A stretch of DNA of 64,000 nucleotides. Origin: Mytilus trossulus (Eukaryota). Of this stretch, positions 11,419-23,800 are shown piece after piece; positions within the stretch are counted from its first letter, which is position 1, and each line of letters starts with the position of its first letter. The stretch lies in NCBI RefSeq assembly GCF_036588685.1, contig NC_086376.1, forward strand, positions 71,403,630 to 71,467,629, written 5' to 3'. The notes under the pieces are model-generated. The model worked only from the letters and a program-made list of their open reading frames with translations, was not told the DNA's origin and did not search any database. A program made the position numbers and the translations under genes.

Positions 11419-13101
11419 TTAACATCCTGATATAGTCACTTTATAAATTTTGGCGTCTTTGGTTGTATGGCCTTCTTCTGCACCACATGCTATGAAGAGT
11501 TGTCCTGTCTGTGTGAACGAAAGGGAAACTGGATGTAGTATTCCTATGTCTTTAGTGTTGTACCATGACACAAGGTTCCCTGTACTATCCAGGATGTGTA
11601 AGGAGTTCGTATTCATTTCAGACACCAAAACATTGTCACTTTTTGTTGTTACTATTCTATTTGGTTTAAATGATTTGAGTTTGTTGATTTTTTGATGGCC
11701 ATTATATGAATTAATTATTTCGCCTCCTGGTTCAAACACTACCACTCTTCCTTCCTGACCTGGTTCACGGTCCACCACATGGATATTGCCAGTACTGGTA
11801 CTGGTAATACTCCTAGGGTATGTAAGTATAGGTTGATTATGTTGATCATGTTCATACACAGTCTCATGGTCTCCCTTTTCGTTCATTACAAACACAGCTT
11901 TTCTTCCTAGTTTATCATTAACACCTCCTACTATAACTTTATTATTACTGGTTATGTGGATTATTGTGGAAGCTAAAGGTTTCACATTATATACAGTGTC
12001 TGAAAGTTCACCGGTGGAAATGTTAAGTTGTTGAAGTCTTGATTTCCCAACAGACAGAAGGAGGTCATTTGACGGTGATATTGCCATTCCATAAACTGCC
12101 AAGTTCAAGGTCGAAACTACATCAAGTTTTTTCTCCTTAGGTTCTGCTTTTACAACGTTATTGTCTAAAGCTGAATTAATATAAATAGAATCTTCATATG
12201 AAATGATATCCGATACAGCAGAAAGTTCTGTAAGATACTCTTCAATAATATGAAATGAAACTAATAATTTCTCTGGCTTTTTTAAAACTCCAACATTTGT
12301 TTGAGTTATTTCCCCTGAGTAAAAAATAGGTGTAGAATTGTATGTAGAATGTGTTTTCGGTGCTTTGACTTCCATTGAATTTTCAATTCTCCTTATGTCA
12401 GTAAAAAACTTAGTAATGTCTCTGGTTTTAAGAAAGTCACCAATTTCATTGTATTTTAAGTAAACTTCTCTCATGGATTTCGAAACTGTATGTATTTCAG
12501 TATCAATTGACTTCAAAATAGTCTTTATATTTTCATCATTTTCATTTTTTAGTTTTTGGATATATTTGTCAATAGTCCTTTTCAACAAATCGCCATGATT
12601 CATAATACTCTGGATTACTTTGCTGTGCTTCACATTTTCAGCATTCTTATGCTGTTCCAAAAGTTTTTTTCTGGTGATGACCTTCTCTTTTTCCATTTTA
12701 ATTTGACTTTGTCCTTGTTTCAGCCTATCTATTTTAGTATTGTATGCTTCCCTAATCTCAATAAGTTGATTTACATGATTTATATGAACTTCAGACACAC
12801 AAATAGGACAAACAAGACTGTCACATCTCTTGCAAAAAAGACGGCAAGATTTTTCAGCATGTTTTGAACATTGAATATTTTTTAAATCAATTTCTTCATT
12901 GTTAAGATCAACATCTTCGATATTTATGACCTTATGATCCTGTGCATTTCTTATTCTACAATGTCTTTCATCTTTACATTTATCACACATAAATAGTCCA
13001 CAATCTGTGCATTTCCACCTGATGTTTTTCTCAGTATCACATAGATGACAATTTGTAGGTACTTGTAGTTGACTTTTATTAATGGATTGAGAATAAGCCA
13101 T
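11419..13101 (-). CDS. RING-less TRIM-like protein: B-box1, B-box2, coiled coil, NHL-like beta-propeller (560 aa, intronless CDS)
   Basis: Long uninterrupted ORF. B-box1 is CHLC...CTDC...CDKC...H...H. B-box2 is CSKH...FCKRCDSLVCPIC...H. A heptad-rich helix follows, then repeats such as YPRSITSTSTGNIHVVD, PNRIVTTKSDNVLVSE and PVSLSFTQTGQLFIAC. The first ATG (MAYSQ) is at 13101; the ORF track starts at an upstream GTG. Confidence 0.9.
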   Translation of the reverse strand: MAYSQSINKSQLQVPTNCHLCDTEKNIRWKCTDCGLFMCDKCKDERHCRIRNAQDHKVINIEDVDLNNEEIDLKNIQCSKHAEKSCRLFCKRCDSLVCPICVSEVHINHVNQLIEIREAYNTKIDRLKQGQSQIKMEKEKVITRKKLLEQHKNAENVKHSKVIQSIMNHGDLLKRTIDKYIQKLKNENDENIKTILKSIDTEIHTVSKSMREVYLKYNEIGDFLKTRDITKFFTDIRRIENSMEVKAPKTHSTYNSTPIFYSGEITQTNVGVLKKPEKLLVSFHIIEEYLTELSAVSDIISYEDSIYINSALDNNVVKAEPKEKKLDVVSTLNLAVYGMAISPSNDLLLSVGKSRLQQLNISTGELSDTVYNVKPLASTIIHITSNNKVIVGGVNDKLGRKAVFVMNEKGDHETVYEHDQHNQPILTYPRSITSTSTGNIHVVDREPGQEGRVVVFEPGGEIINSYNGHQKINKLKSFKPNRIVTTKSDNVLVSEMNTNSLHILDSTGNLVSWYNTKDIGILHPVSLSFTQTGQLFIACGAEEGHTTKDAKIYKVTISGC

Positions 13102-15032
13102 TATATTGCACACATGATTCTCACAGCTATCAGTATTACATTGCTTATATATATTAAAAAGAACAAATAATATTTAAACTTCCAATGTATTATGTGTAGA
13201 TAACAAACCAATTTGAAATCTTCTTTTAATCAAATTAGGTTTGCCTAATACCGGTAAATGCAGTACATAATGATTTAACCAATTGATAATTTTTGTAGTT
13301 AATTAACTGTACAGAAAGATAATATAACATTACAGTTTAGATATGTTTTAAAGGAATTCACACTAGTGATACAACATTTATTAAAACTTTATTATTTAAC
13401 AAAGTTGTGTTGAGTATAATGTTTTGACCCGTCCCCACCTGTCCGTCTGTCCATCAGTTCTGTTCTTGTCATCACAACACCTCTGAAACCACACAACAGA
13501 ATTTCATGATAATTAGAACATATTATGTGTGTATATTTAAATATCATCAGAAAATTTTTATTAAATTTCATTCTAGGAGTTATATAGCGGTATGAACATA
13601 GAATTTTGACACCAAGATACTAGTGTATCAGTTTGTCATTGCATACCCTGAAACGATGCAACAGAATAACATAAACTTTGTAGAAATTGAAGACATATTA
13701 ATCATGTTAATTGTAGATGTGCATATCGATGGGAAATTGTAATTCAAATTGTTTTTCATTTACATTAGGTAAAATATCTAAGGATATAAAATGCCTGTAT
13801 TAAACATATATTTAACATGTAGCTATATACATATAGACTACATGTACCACAGACGTAAAACATCCCTTGGTTCTCATCTGTACTAAGTTCCTTTTGGTCA
13901 GTAAAACATCCATCAAAATTTGTGTATTTTATGGAGTTTAGAATAATGTTTACATTCACGTGAGCAAAATTTGCCTATGTATTTATTATGATCTTACCTC
14001 CTATACATTTCTAGGAATATGATTGGTTAAAAACATCCACATGGAGACTGTGTATATTCATATTAGGATAGTAGGGAGGCGAGGCTTATTTCATACACGG
14101 TTAGCAGTGGTGTTACGTCCCTTTATATTCCATACAAGGTAATAAGGAGGTGGGGCTTATTTCATACATGGTTAGTAGTGGTGTTAAGTCCCTTTATGAA
14201 AACAAAACGGTACTAGTACTGATAAAAAATCTTAAAGGTTTCAACTGACTAAGAAATTGATGATCAAGTGAATTTATAAAACACATTTAAACCTAACAAG
14301 TTGTTATTGTTTTTGTGGGATCAATGGAAGTAGTTTCTTAATGCTATTACTTTAAACAGTATTGAAAACTTGCTCACTTTGACAGATCACTGGTCTAAAT
14401 TTTACATGTTAAGATAGTCTGTAAGATAAATTCGTTACATAGTATGCTAGTTCACTCGTTTAATCCATGCAATGTTCGGTCACATGTTGTCTTATTTTTT
14501 ATATTCAAATAAGGCGATTAGTTATACTATAATTAATCATGATAATAAGACCTTTCAATACACCAAAGACATTACATTTTTGGGCCAAATAGGTGCTAAA
14601 TCTAAGTTAAGATACATATCATCACTTACATTTAAATATGCAGTAGCAAATTTTAACTTTATCTGTATAACTTATTGAATGTAGATTTGTGCTGTCTAAG
14701 TAATATATATAATTGATTTGATATTATTTACGTTGTCATTTTAAGCTGTTTAGATATTTTTTAAAGATAAATCAGAATTATTGAACCTTGTGTACTATAT
14801 TTACATTTGTGGCTGTTAAATTAAATAGTAAAGTTATTGTATAGACTGATCCATTTGACAATTTAGCCATAGAATTTCCTATTACCATGATAACTGACCA
14901 TATTTAAAGTAAGTATCATTGGCATGATGTTTGCAGAAATCTCTAAAGTACTTAGAAATATATTGTTGTGTTTCTGTATAAAAAAATATAAAGGTACATC
15001 AGTTATGTGAATATTTTTACTTAGGTAATTTA

Positions 15033-15465
15033 GATTGATTGATTGATTGTTGGTTGCTTAACGTCCAGTGGCAAATAATTCATGCATATTCAGGACGAGA
15101 ACAAGTTCACAATAAATACAATAGGTAGGTTGATACAATAGAGGCCATCTTGGATGATGGTCTGGGAAATTTGGACTGCCACCGGAAAAAGAGGGTATAT
15201 TGGATAGGGACAGAAATTTTGCCTTGCAACAGGCCACCTACGGACCCCTCAAAGAGTTGTTGCAAGGGTTCTTAACGTACAAAGAGCGTGGCACTCTCTT
15301 TACACGAGGCATCAGATTTTACGTCCCCCTTCTGACCGGACGTGACTGCCAACTTGATACATCCCGCACAGCCAAACGGACGCCCCACTTCGGCAAGTGT
15401 TTTACTGCTGGTTGGGAGAAGACCAAGTGACCATATTTCTATATCCCAGCCACCCTTGGGGAAAG
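15033..15465 (-). mobile_element. SINE-like retroposon, 5'-truncated, with (CAAT)n tail
   Basis: GC-rich island. The minus strand ends ...CCACTGGACGTTAAGCAACCAACAATCAATCAATC. The central GGGGACGTAAAA...ACGTTAAGAACCC segment resembles the Nin/Deu SINE domain (from memory). Tail fragments also at about 6410-6450 and 23566-23620. Confidence 0.65.
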
Positions 15466-17815
15466 GTAATTTAGAAAAAAAAACCATTAAAACTCATAAA
15501 CAGTAAAACACTAACGTAAGTCATTTAATCAATTTAACTATATGAGGTAGGTTATTGAAGATTATAAACCATTGATTTCTTAAACAACATGTTAAACTGA
15601 TAAACATTATCAAGATTAGACTAGTACATTAAGATCCATGGCCATGCTTGAATTGGTCAATAAATTGATAGTCAAACAGAGGTCAAAGTATTTTTCTGCC
15701 ATAATATTTATGCAAGAGGAAGAGACTCTTAATGAAAAATGTCAGGCTTTCTGGACCATGGGAAATTGTTCTAATAAAGTGTCTACTATTGTATATCTGT
15801 GTTTGTGCTTTTTTTTTGGTTGTTTTGTTTCTTATTAAAAAAAAGATAAAAATGGATCAGACACAATAAAAATGTACTAGTACAACAAATTTTAGATGAA
15901 AAAAATATATATTAATATCAGCATATGTAATCCTTTTGATTTCTGTATAAATTTACATATGTACTTATCAATCATGCATAAATCACATACATTGTTATAT
16001 AATCTTAACAAATGAAACACAAATCATGCATAATTCACATACATTATTTAATGATCTTTACAAAGAAACACATATGTTTGTCTTCACTTATTAAACACAA
16101 ATTGCACAAATTTGGCATGCATATTATGGCTTTTAGCTATATATAGGCTAAGGGGCTTATATGTATATAGACGTAGAGCATTAGTTCTCAGTATAAAACT
16201 TTTAATATAAAGATAGATCTATTCTTGGAATAATCTTTACTGCTGGGTCACACAAATTTTTGACATGAGCTAGGGTTGATATATCATTTCAGGAAGTTTT
16301 TCCTTATTTTACATTTTATCTTTGAGATGACAAAAGGCAAAGTTTAGATTTTTGTAAAAGCCTAAACCATTTGTAAACTGAAAGTAAGGAACTTTTAAAA
16401 AGGAATATCTTTCTACTTTAAATGTCGTAATTGTATATAATTATTGTAGTATTTTGTTAGGAAGGTAATTTTACTGACAAGCAAAGGGATATTTTAAAAA
16501 GAAATTGAATTTAAGGGATATAAAGCTGAAACTAATCAAATTGTATGTAGTAATATATTAATATTAAAAGTGACATAAGTTATAGATTTTTTAATTATAT
16601 TAATTCTGTTTACTGGTATGTATTTAAGGAAGGTACGTAACATCTGGTCATTTTTTTATAAATTGACGTAAAACTAATAAATTAATAAATTCTAGGGAAT
16701 CACTTACAGAAAATAAATGGTAAGACACATGCATTTTATATTATATTTTCTATATTTTTTTTTTACCTTTTATTTTCTCAAAAAGGATATCTAACACTAG
16801 GTTGTCTGAAGCCCAGAACCTGATTTGAAATTTTATGTCATATCCTGAATGATCTGGTTGGATTAAGGATTTTGTATCAATGCAATATTTTTTTTTAATT
16901 TATAGACCACTGTTTTTAGAATTTGGACAATTTAAAGCTTGAAATTTTGTGAAGACATGTACATCTGTCTAATGCTAAAGACTATATATTGATCTCGATT
17001 TATCTTTTTAATTTATTCATCAATTGATAAAAAATCATACTAATTTGTCAGTCATTACTATTTTTAATTTCATCTACATGCTATAGGACATTTATTAACA
17101 ATACATTTTTAAATTTGTATATTATACTCAGATAAATTGCAATTTGTTAGTCCAAAATATTGTCATGTTTGATGATTGTCACCTGACTGTCCAGCTATGG
17201 TGAGACAAGTTATCACTTCTGTTGACTTTTCTCCTGGTATGCAACAGACATGTCATACTTTGTTAATCCCAACTCTGTTAAAATTATATGACAGAAGTCA
17301 ACCAAGCCTACAAAGATTCTTCTACAGGATACAAAGTTATTTAGTTGTTATTTTTAATGGAACAATTTCAGTCTTCTTAAAAACTGTACCCTTTGATTTG
17401 TAAATTATATTTGTACTGCATTTTAACTATACTGGTCCATTACTTCAGCTTCTTTTAATAGTGTTGCAAATTATTATTGTAACAAATCAGGGTTACCAAA
17501 ACTAAGGTTTCACTTTATAGGTTTGGACTTTTTTTGCATTATATTTTATGGGTAAAAGGACTAGTAAATGTTACTTATGAATTAAGCAACAATGTGTTCA
17601 TGTATCTTCCAACAACACATCATGAATATATAATGTTTTTCTGAATATATTTGCAGCAATCTGATTAGATATTGAAAATGATATAAGGACAAATGCATGT
17701 GTACAATTAACTCACTAAAATGATTGATTCTTTATTTATATTATTTTCTGTTTAAGGATGACACCATAGTAACAGACATAATGGGATAGTAAAATATAAA
17801 TAATAAAAGATCACC

Positions 17816-20800
17816 ATGGCAACCATCCCTGGATCTGCTGGATTGCCGTTGCTAGGCGACAGATCATATGACTTCTATAAAGACCCAGTGAAGTTTATGG
17901 AGAAAAACATCAGTTACTACAAGAACAGAAATTTTATTGGAAGATTTCTGAATAAATCAACAGTGTTTGTTGGATGCAACAAAACTTTGAAATGTTTACT
18001 GACAGGTTTGTTGTTTTAGTAATAATTATCTGTGTAAAACTCTTACTTTTAGAGATTTTATAATAATTAATCACTAACTGCCAGATTTTGTAGTGTTGCC
18101 TCTCATAGTGTGGCCATTCATCACTAACTGCCAGATTTGTAGATTTGTCCCCCATGTTCCATCACTTGCCAGATTTGTAGAGTTTTCTCCCATACATCAC
18201 TAACACCAAATTTGTAGAGTTGTCTCCCATACATCAATAACTGCCATATTTGTAGAGTTGTCTCCCATATTCCAATACCTACCAAATGTTAAGAGTTGTC
18301 TTCCATACATCACTTACTGCCAGGCTTATAGATTTGTATCCCACATTTCATTTATTGCCATAATATAGAGTGACTCAGAGGCACATTTCCCCCCGTTTAA
18401 TTAAGGACAGGTATACTAATAGTGTTTTTTTTTTATATATTTTCAGAAGAGGCAGATAAACTTGATCTGGGATATAAAATGTTCATGGGAGACATCTATG
18501 GTGACAACATTTTATTTACTGATGGTGAGAAGATTATTTTTCAGAATATAATCTAAAGGTTTTACATAACAACATCTTTAATAGTGTATAGTTTAGAACA
18601 GTTTTGGTAATTGATAAGTTTCATGAAGGGATATGGGGCTACCTTCTGTTGTTCTGACAGAAACCCATTAGCCACCACTATTTATCATTATGCCTTCCAT
18701 TATTGATCTGGTTTTCAGTACATTATAGCACATAACAAAGGCTTATGATTATAATCTAGTTGTGATCTTTCTTGTCAAACTGACATATATAGTATAAACA
18801 AATTTCAAACAGGATCATGTAAATTAGTTATCTTGAATGTTGGGGCAGTTCTTTAACTGTTTTCTTTATTACAATTTAACCTTTTTAGTGTGAACATCTA
18901 TCTGTGAGCACAAACCAACTTTCAGTTACTCACAAAATCAAATGTAAAGAAAAACAATGAATGCAAGAAACTAAAACTTGTCACAGTACAAACTGATTTT
19001 AGACATTGAGTGGTATCAAGTGCTATTGGAGAGTAGGCTAATACAGAATGGCATTGGCATCTGTAGTGTATCATGTGCCCAGTGGTCAAATCTGGGAATG
19101 CATTAAATTCATGTTAAGTTTCTTCTTTGAATTTCAGGTTTGGACATGGTATCCTTACGAGAGTCTTTAATCCTACTGTTTACCCCTGAAGCTGTTTCTA
19201 CTTATCAAGAGACAATCAAACATGTGGTGACAAACTTTATACACAAAATAGATACGGAGTAAGTACAGATAATCAAACATGTGGTGACAAACTTTATACA
19301 CAAAATAGATACAGAGTAAGTACAGATAATCAAACATGTGGTGACAAACTTTATACACAAAATAGATACAGAGTAAGTATAGATAATCAAACATGTGGTG
19401 ACAAACTTTATACACAAAATAGATACGGAGTAAGTATAGATAATCAAACATGTGGTGACAAACTTTATACACAAAATAGATACGGAGTAAGTATAGACAA
19501 TCAAACATGTGGTGACAAACTTTATACACAAAATAGATACGGAGTAAGTATAGATAATCAAACATGTGGTGACAAACTTTATACACAAAATAGATACGGA
19601 GTAAGTATAGACAATCAAACATGTGGTGACAAACTTTATACACAAAATAGATACAGAGTAAGTACAGATAATCAAACATGTGGTGACAAACTTTATACAC
19701 AAAATAGATACAGAGTAAGTACAGATAATCAAACATGTGGTGACAAACTTTATACACAAAATAGATACAGAGTAAGTACAGATAATCAAACATGTGGTGA
19801 CAAACTTTATACACAAAATAGATACGGAGTAAGTACAGATAATCACTACAGATGCAGGTCTTTATAGTTTCTTTTCCACAAATTAAATTGCTAGAATACA
19901 AGTGTTTTTTTCAACTTACCTTAAATTTCTCAAGTTTAGGAAGGTTGAAAATTGACTCAAACTTCTGAATTCCTGATTAATGTAATATTTGACCTTCATT
20001 AGAGTTAAAATTTTAATCTCAAGAATTTAATCCAAAAAACTCTGCAAAGAACTGAGGTTAATAAACTCTGCAAGACCTTCCTGAAGGCTTGTTGATATCA
20101 AAATACTTAGAGGTGGTATGATTGCAAATGATACATCTTTCAACCATGGTCCAAATGATTTGAATATAATCAACTTAAATTCACTGTAGTGTCTTTAACA
20201 ATGAGCAAAATCCATAACTCATAACTAGTCAGCTATAGAAGATCTTTTTTTTTCAAATAAGATCCCTCATTATTCATCTTTGTTTTGTAGGGAGATAGGA
20301 AATTAAATGAAATTTGTATTTGGTATGAAAAAATACTGACCAGTATGTACTCCCCTCTGTAAAAGAGAACATTCAAATAAGTGATGAAAATCTTCACCAT
20401 CTGAAATAAATGATAATACACTCACAGTTTAAATTGTCTCCCCTGTTAGGCCAAAAAAAATATATGTCTGTTTACGGTTACTTGACTGACACTATTTTCA
20501 TCGCTGACCCTAAGCCATTTTATTTCCGTGGTAAAGTGAAAAATAAACTAAACTCGTCTCTAAAGTGAAGATAGTGTTGCCTGATACATCCCAATGTTCA
20601 TAATCGTGAATATGATAGCTGTTTTAAGGAAATTCGCTACTCGTGTGATGTAATAAACATTTTTCCGCCATATTTTTCCAACCAATATCAAAAGGAAATA
20701 ATCCAATCATTAAAATTACAGGTAAAGTCTGCCCATGATCAACAGATGACAAGACGAAACCGCACACTCAAAATCATGTCATAAAAAATAAATATGATAA

Positions 20801-23800
20801 AATGGAAATACCGACCTACCTACCCTATTTTTTAAAGCATGTAACCTTAAACAGACATATATTTTTTTTTGGCCTTATAGATCCCTTGTTGATATTTATA
20901 TGGAATACTTGCAGGAATCCAGTATGTTTGTATCAAACATTAAAGAGGATGTGTATAGAAGTGTGTCTTAGTTTGTTCCTTGGTATTGACTTTGATACAA
21001 TGACAGAATTAACAGAAACTATTGTCTCCTTGACAACCACTCATTGGCATGGTGAGTTTAATTAGTTGGGGAATTTTGAAAGTAAAAATCCTTATTTCAG
21101 AATGTATTTATTATGCTATACTAATATAAGCCCTGTTGGAGGTTTTTTTCTGAAAATAAAGTACATAGTACAGACTGGAATAGAATTGAGAATGGAAATG
21201 GGGAATATGTGAAAGAAACAACAACTTGACCAAAGAGCAGAAAACAGCCTAAGGCCGCCAATAGGTCTTCAAAACAGTGAGGAAATCCTGCACCTGGAGG
21301 CATACTTCAGCTGGACCCTAAACAAAAATGTACTAGTTCAGTGATAATGGACTTCATACTAAACTCTGAAAAATGTTAATTACCTAAATAACTAACAAGG
21401 CTCCTGACTTAGGATAGGCGCAAAAATGTGGCGGGTTTAAATAGGGTTTGAAATCTCAACCCTTCCTTATACCTCTAGCACAATTTACCTTTAGTAGATA
21501 TATCTTATAAATTTAAGTCATATAAAACTTCAAATTTACATATACAAAACCTGGTATAATTATGCTTTATTTTAATAGGTATAATATCAGTTCCAGTGAA
21601 TCTAAAACTTCCTATTGGTGGAGCCTCTACTTTTAGTAAAGCTTTAGATGCAAAGGTTTGTACTTATATCTATTGGTTTCTTTGATTTGTCTTGTTATGG
21701 CCTTATACAATTATTTAAATCCCCAAAAAAATGATATTTTCTTCTGATTAGTTTTGTGTAGTCTATCCACTGTAATTTGAAAATTCAAGAGTTAACAACT
21801 TTTCCACTAAGTGCTTAAAATTTTAATCCTTGAATCAAAGCTTTGTTTTTTATACACCCCCTTTTACAGGACTTATTATGGTATACTGTTGTTTGTCTGT
21901 CTGTTCATCCTTCATCAACATAATGGACATTAACTCAAAAAGCTTTAACCAATTTGCCTAAAACTTTGATTAATTATTTATATCTATTGAAGTGAGTTCC
22001 CTTTTGGTTTTTTTTATAAATTTTAGATTTTACATTTCCAAGCTATGGGGTTTTATTCATAAAAAAGGGTGATTTTGCAGTTTTTAGACAATATCTCAAA
22101 AATGTTTTCACCAAATCTCATGAAACTGGGTGAATTATTTTATATCTACTGTTGTATTCATAATTTTTTATTTTCATAAATTCTAATGTAACATTGAGAA
22201 GTAATTGTACTTTATTCTTTGAAAATGTGACAGGCATATCATGTGTTCATGGTTGTATAAAGCAGCAATGAATTAAGACATTTGTTACTTTTACAGGCAA
22301 AACTGCTTGATATAATCCAAAACAAAAAAACAAGCACTAGTCGTCATTTTGCAAAGAAGATACAGGAAGTACCCAAGGGAGATAATGGAATATTTGTGAA
22401 CAATCATCTGCTTCTGTTTACCTCTGCCCTTGTACCAAAAGCATTATCTTCATTACTCACATCATTCATAATAGAAGTTGCCAAGCAAAAGGTATATAAA
22501 ACTTATTATTTCTTATGCAGCAAAAATACTGCAATCTGATTGGTTGACTACCCCAGTGTAAATAGCACCCCACCCTGGTTCACCCGGGGATAAATAAAAT
22601 TTTGCCAAGTTTAAAAATAAAATGAAATTTTGCCATAAAAAATTTAAATATAATATAAAATGTTTCCAAAATAAAGAAAAAATTAAGAAAATAAATTATA
22701 AGAAGAAAATGCAAAATGCCAAAAAAAATAAATTTGAAAACTCTAAAGAACACAAAAATTTTCTGAATTTTTCCAAAAATAAAGTAAAAAGTATTTGACA
22801 ATGTGCAGCAGCATGGACATTGAAAAAATATTACGCTGGAAATTTTTCATTACCATTTTTACAATTTTACATCCTGGTTTCAAATGAGTAAAGGAATTGT
22901 TCATAAGAAATAAATTCGTTATCTTGGTGTAATCAGGGGTGTACAGAATTTTACACCGTTGTTGAAAATTCATACACCCTGAGGCGCACCAAGATAACTA
23001 ATAATATCTAGTAACCATATGTTTTATTTACCAAGTTTCATAGAACACCTCTCTTAAAAAAAGGTACACAATTTATAGATTTCTGATGTATAAGCAATGA
23101 AGTATATGCGCAATTAAAGAAAAAAATAGAAAGAAGACATTTTATTATTAGGTATTTTCATTTCTTTCTATACAATGTTCAATGTAAGTCTTCTTAGTAT
23201 GTGTTTTTTTTAATGCAATATCCATACATTTGCACTGCCAGTCCAATGTATATGCAAATAAGGAGATGTGGTATAATTGACAATGAGACCACTCTCCACC
23301 AGAGAGAATATGATGACAGCATACTCACAAACAAAAAACTGTAAATTATAAGTTCATACACAACATACACCAATTATGCAATGAAGGGGAAAAGAAGTAT
23401 TAATTAAAAGATCCTACTGAAAATTGCTTTTATTTCAAACAGGACCTACAAGAAAGCATTCTTACAGACAGAGGTTTAAGAGAGATATATATGTTAGAAG
23501 TCCAGAGAATGTACCCTCCATTCTTTGGTGGTAGGAGAGTTATAAATAAGGTAAGGTGTTTTCCCATTGATTGATTGTTGGTTGCTTTACGCCGCATTAG
23601 CACAAAAAGGCTATATCGCGGCAACAGGTGTTTTCCCAAATTATCAACCTAATTCTTAATTATTTATTTTTTGATCTTACATTTCATCAACCGAAAAATG
23701 TTTTCATTCAATAAAGTATAATTGTATCTTACTCCTTTGAATTCATTTATTTCCGCGGGTACCAATTTTGTGAATTAATGAAATCTTGCATGTTAATGGA

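Noticed and set aside
11450-12867. Plus-strand ORFs 11450-11695 and 12556-12867
   Set aside because: Antisense shadows of the TRIM-like CDS.
15200-15487. Overlapping ORFs on both strands
   Set aside because: They lie inside a GC-rich SINE-like repeat and have no recognisable domain.
19210-19845. CRISPR-like appearance of regular repeats (also 28460-28838 and 38962-39148)
   Set aside because: Units are head-to-tail with no unique spacers, there are no cas genes, and the context is eukaryotic.
19173-19901. 242-aa and 213-aa Cys/His-rich repeat ORFs on the minus strand
   Set aside because: They are antisense read-throughs of the 57-bp array. Openness follows from the unit length being a multiple of 3, and there is no other gene evidence.
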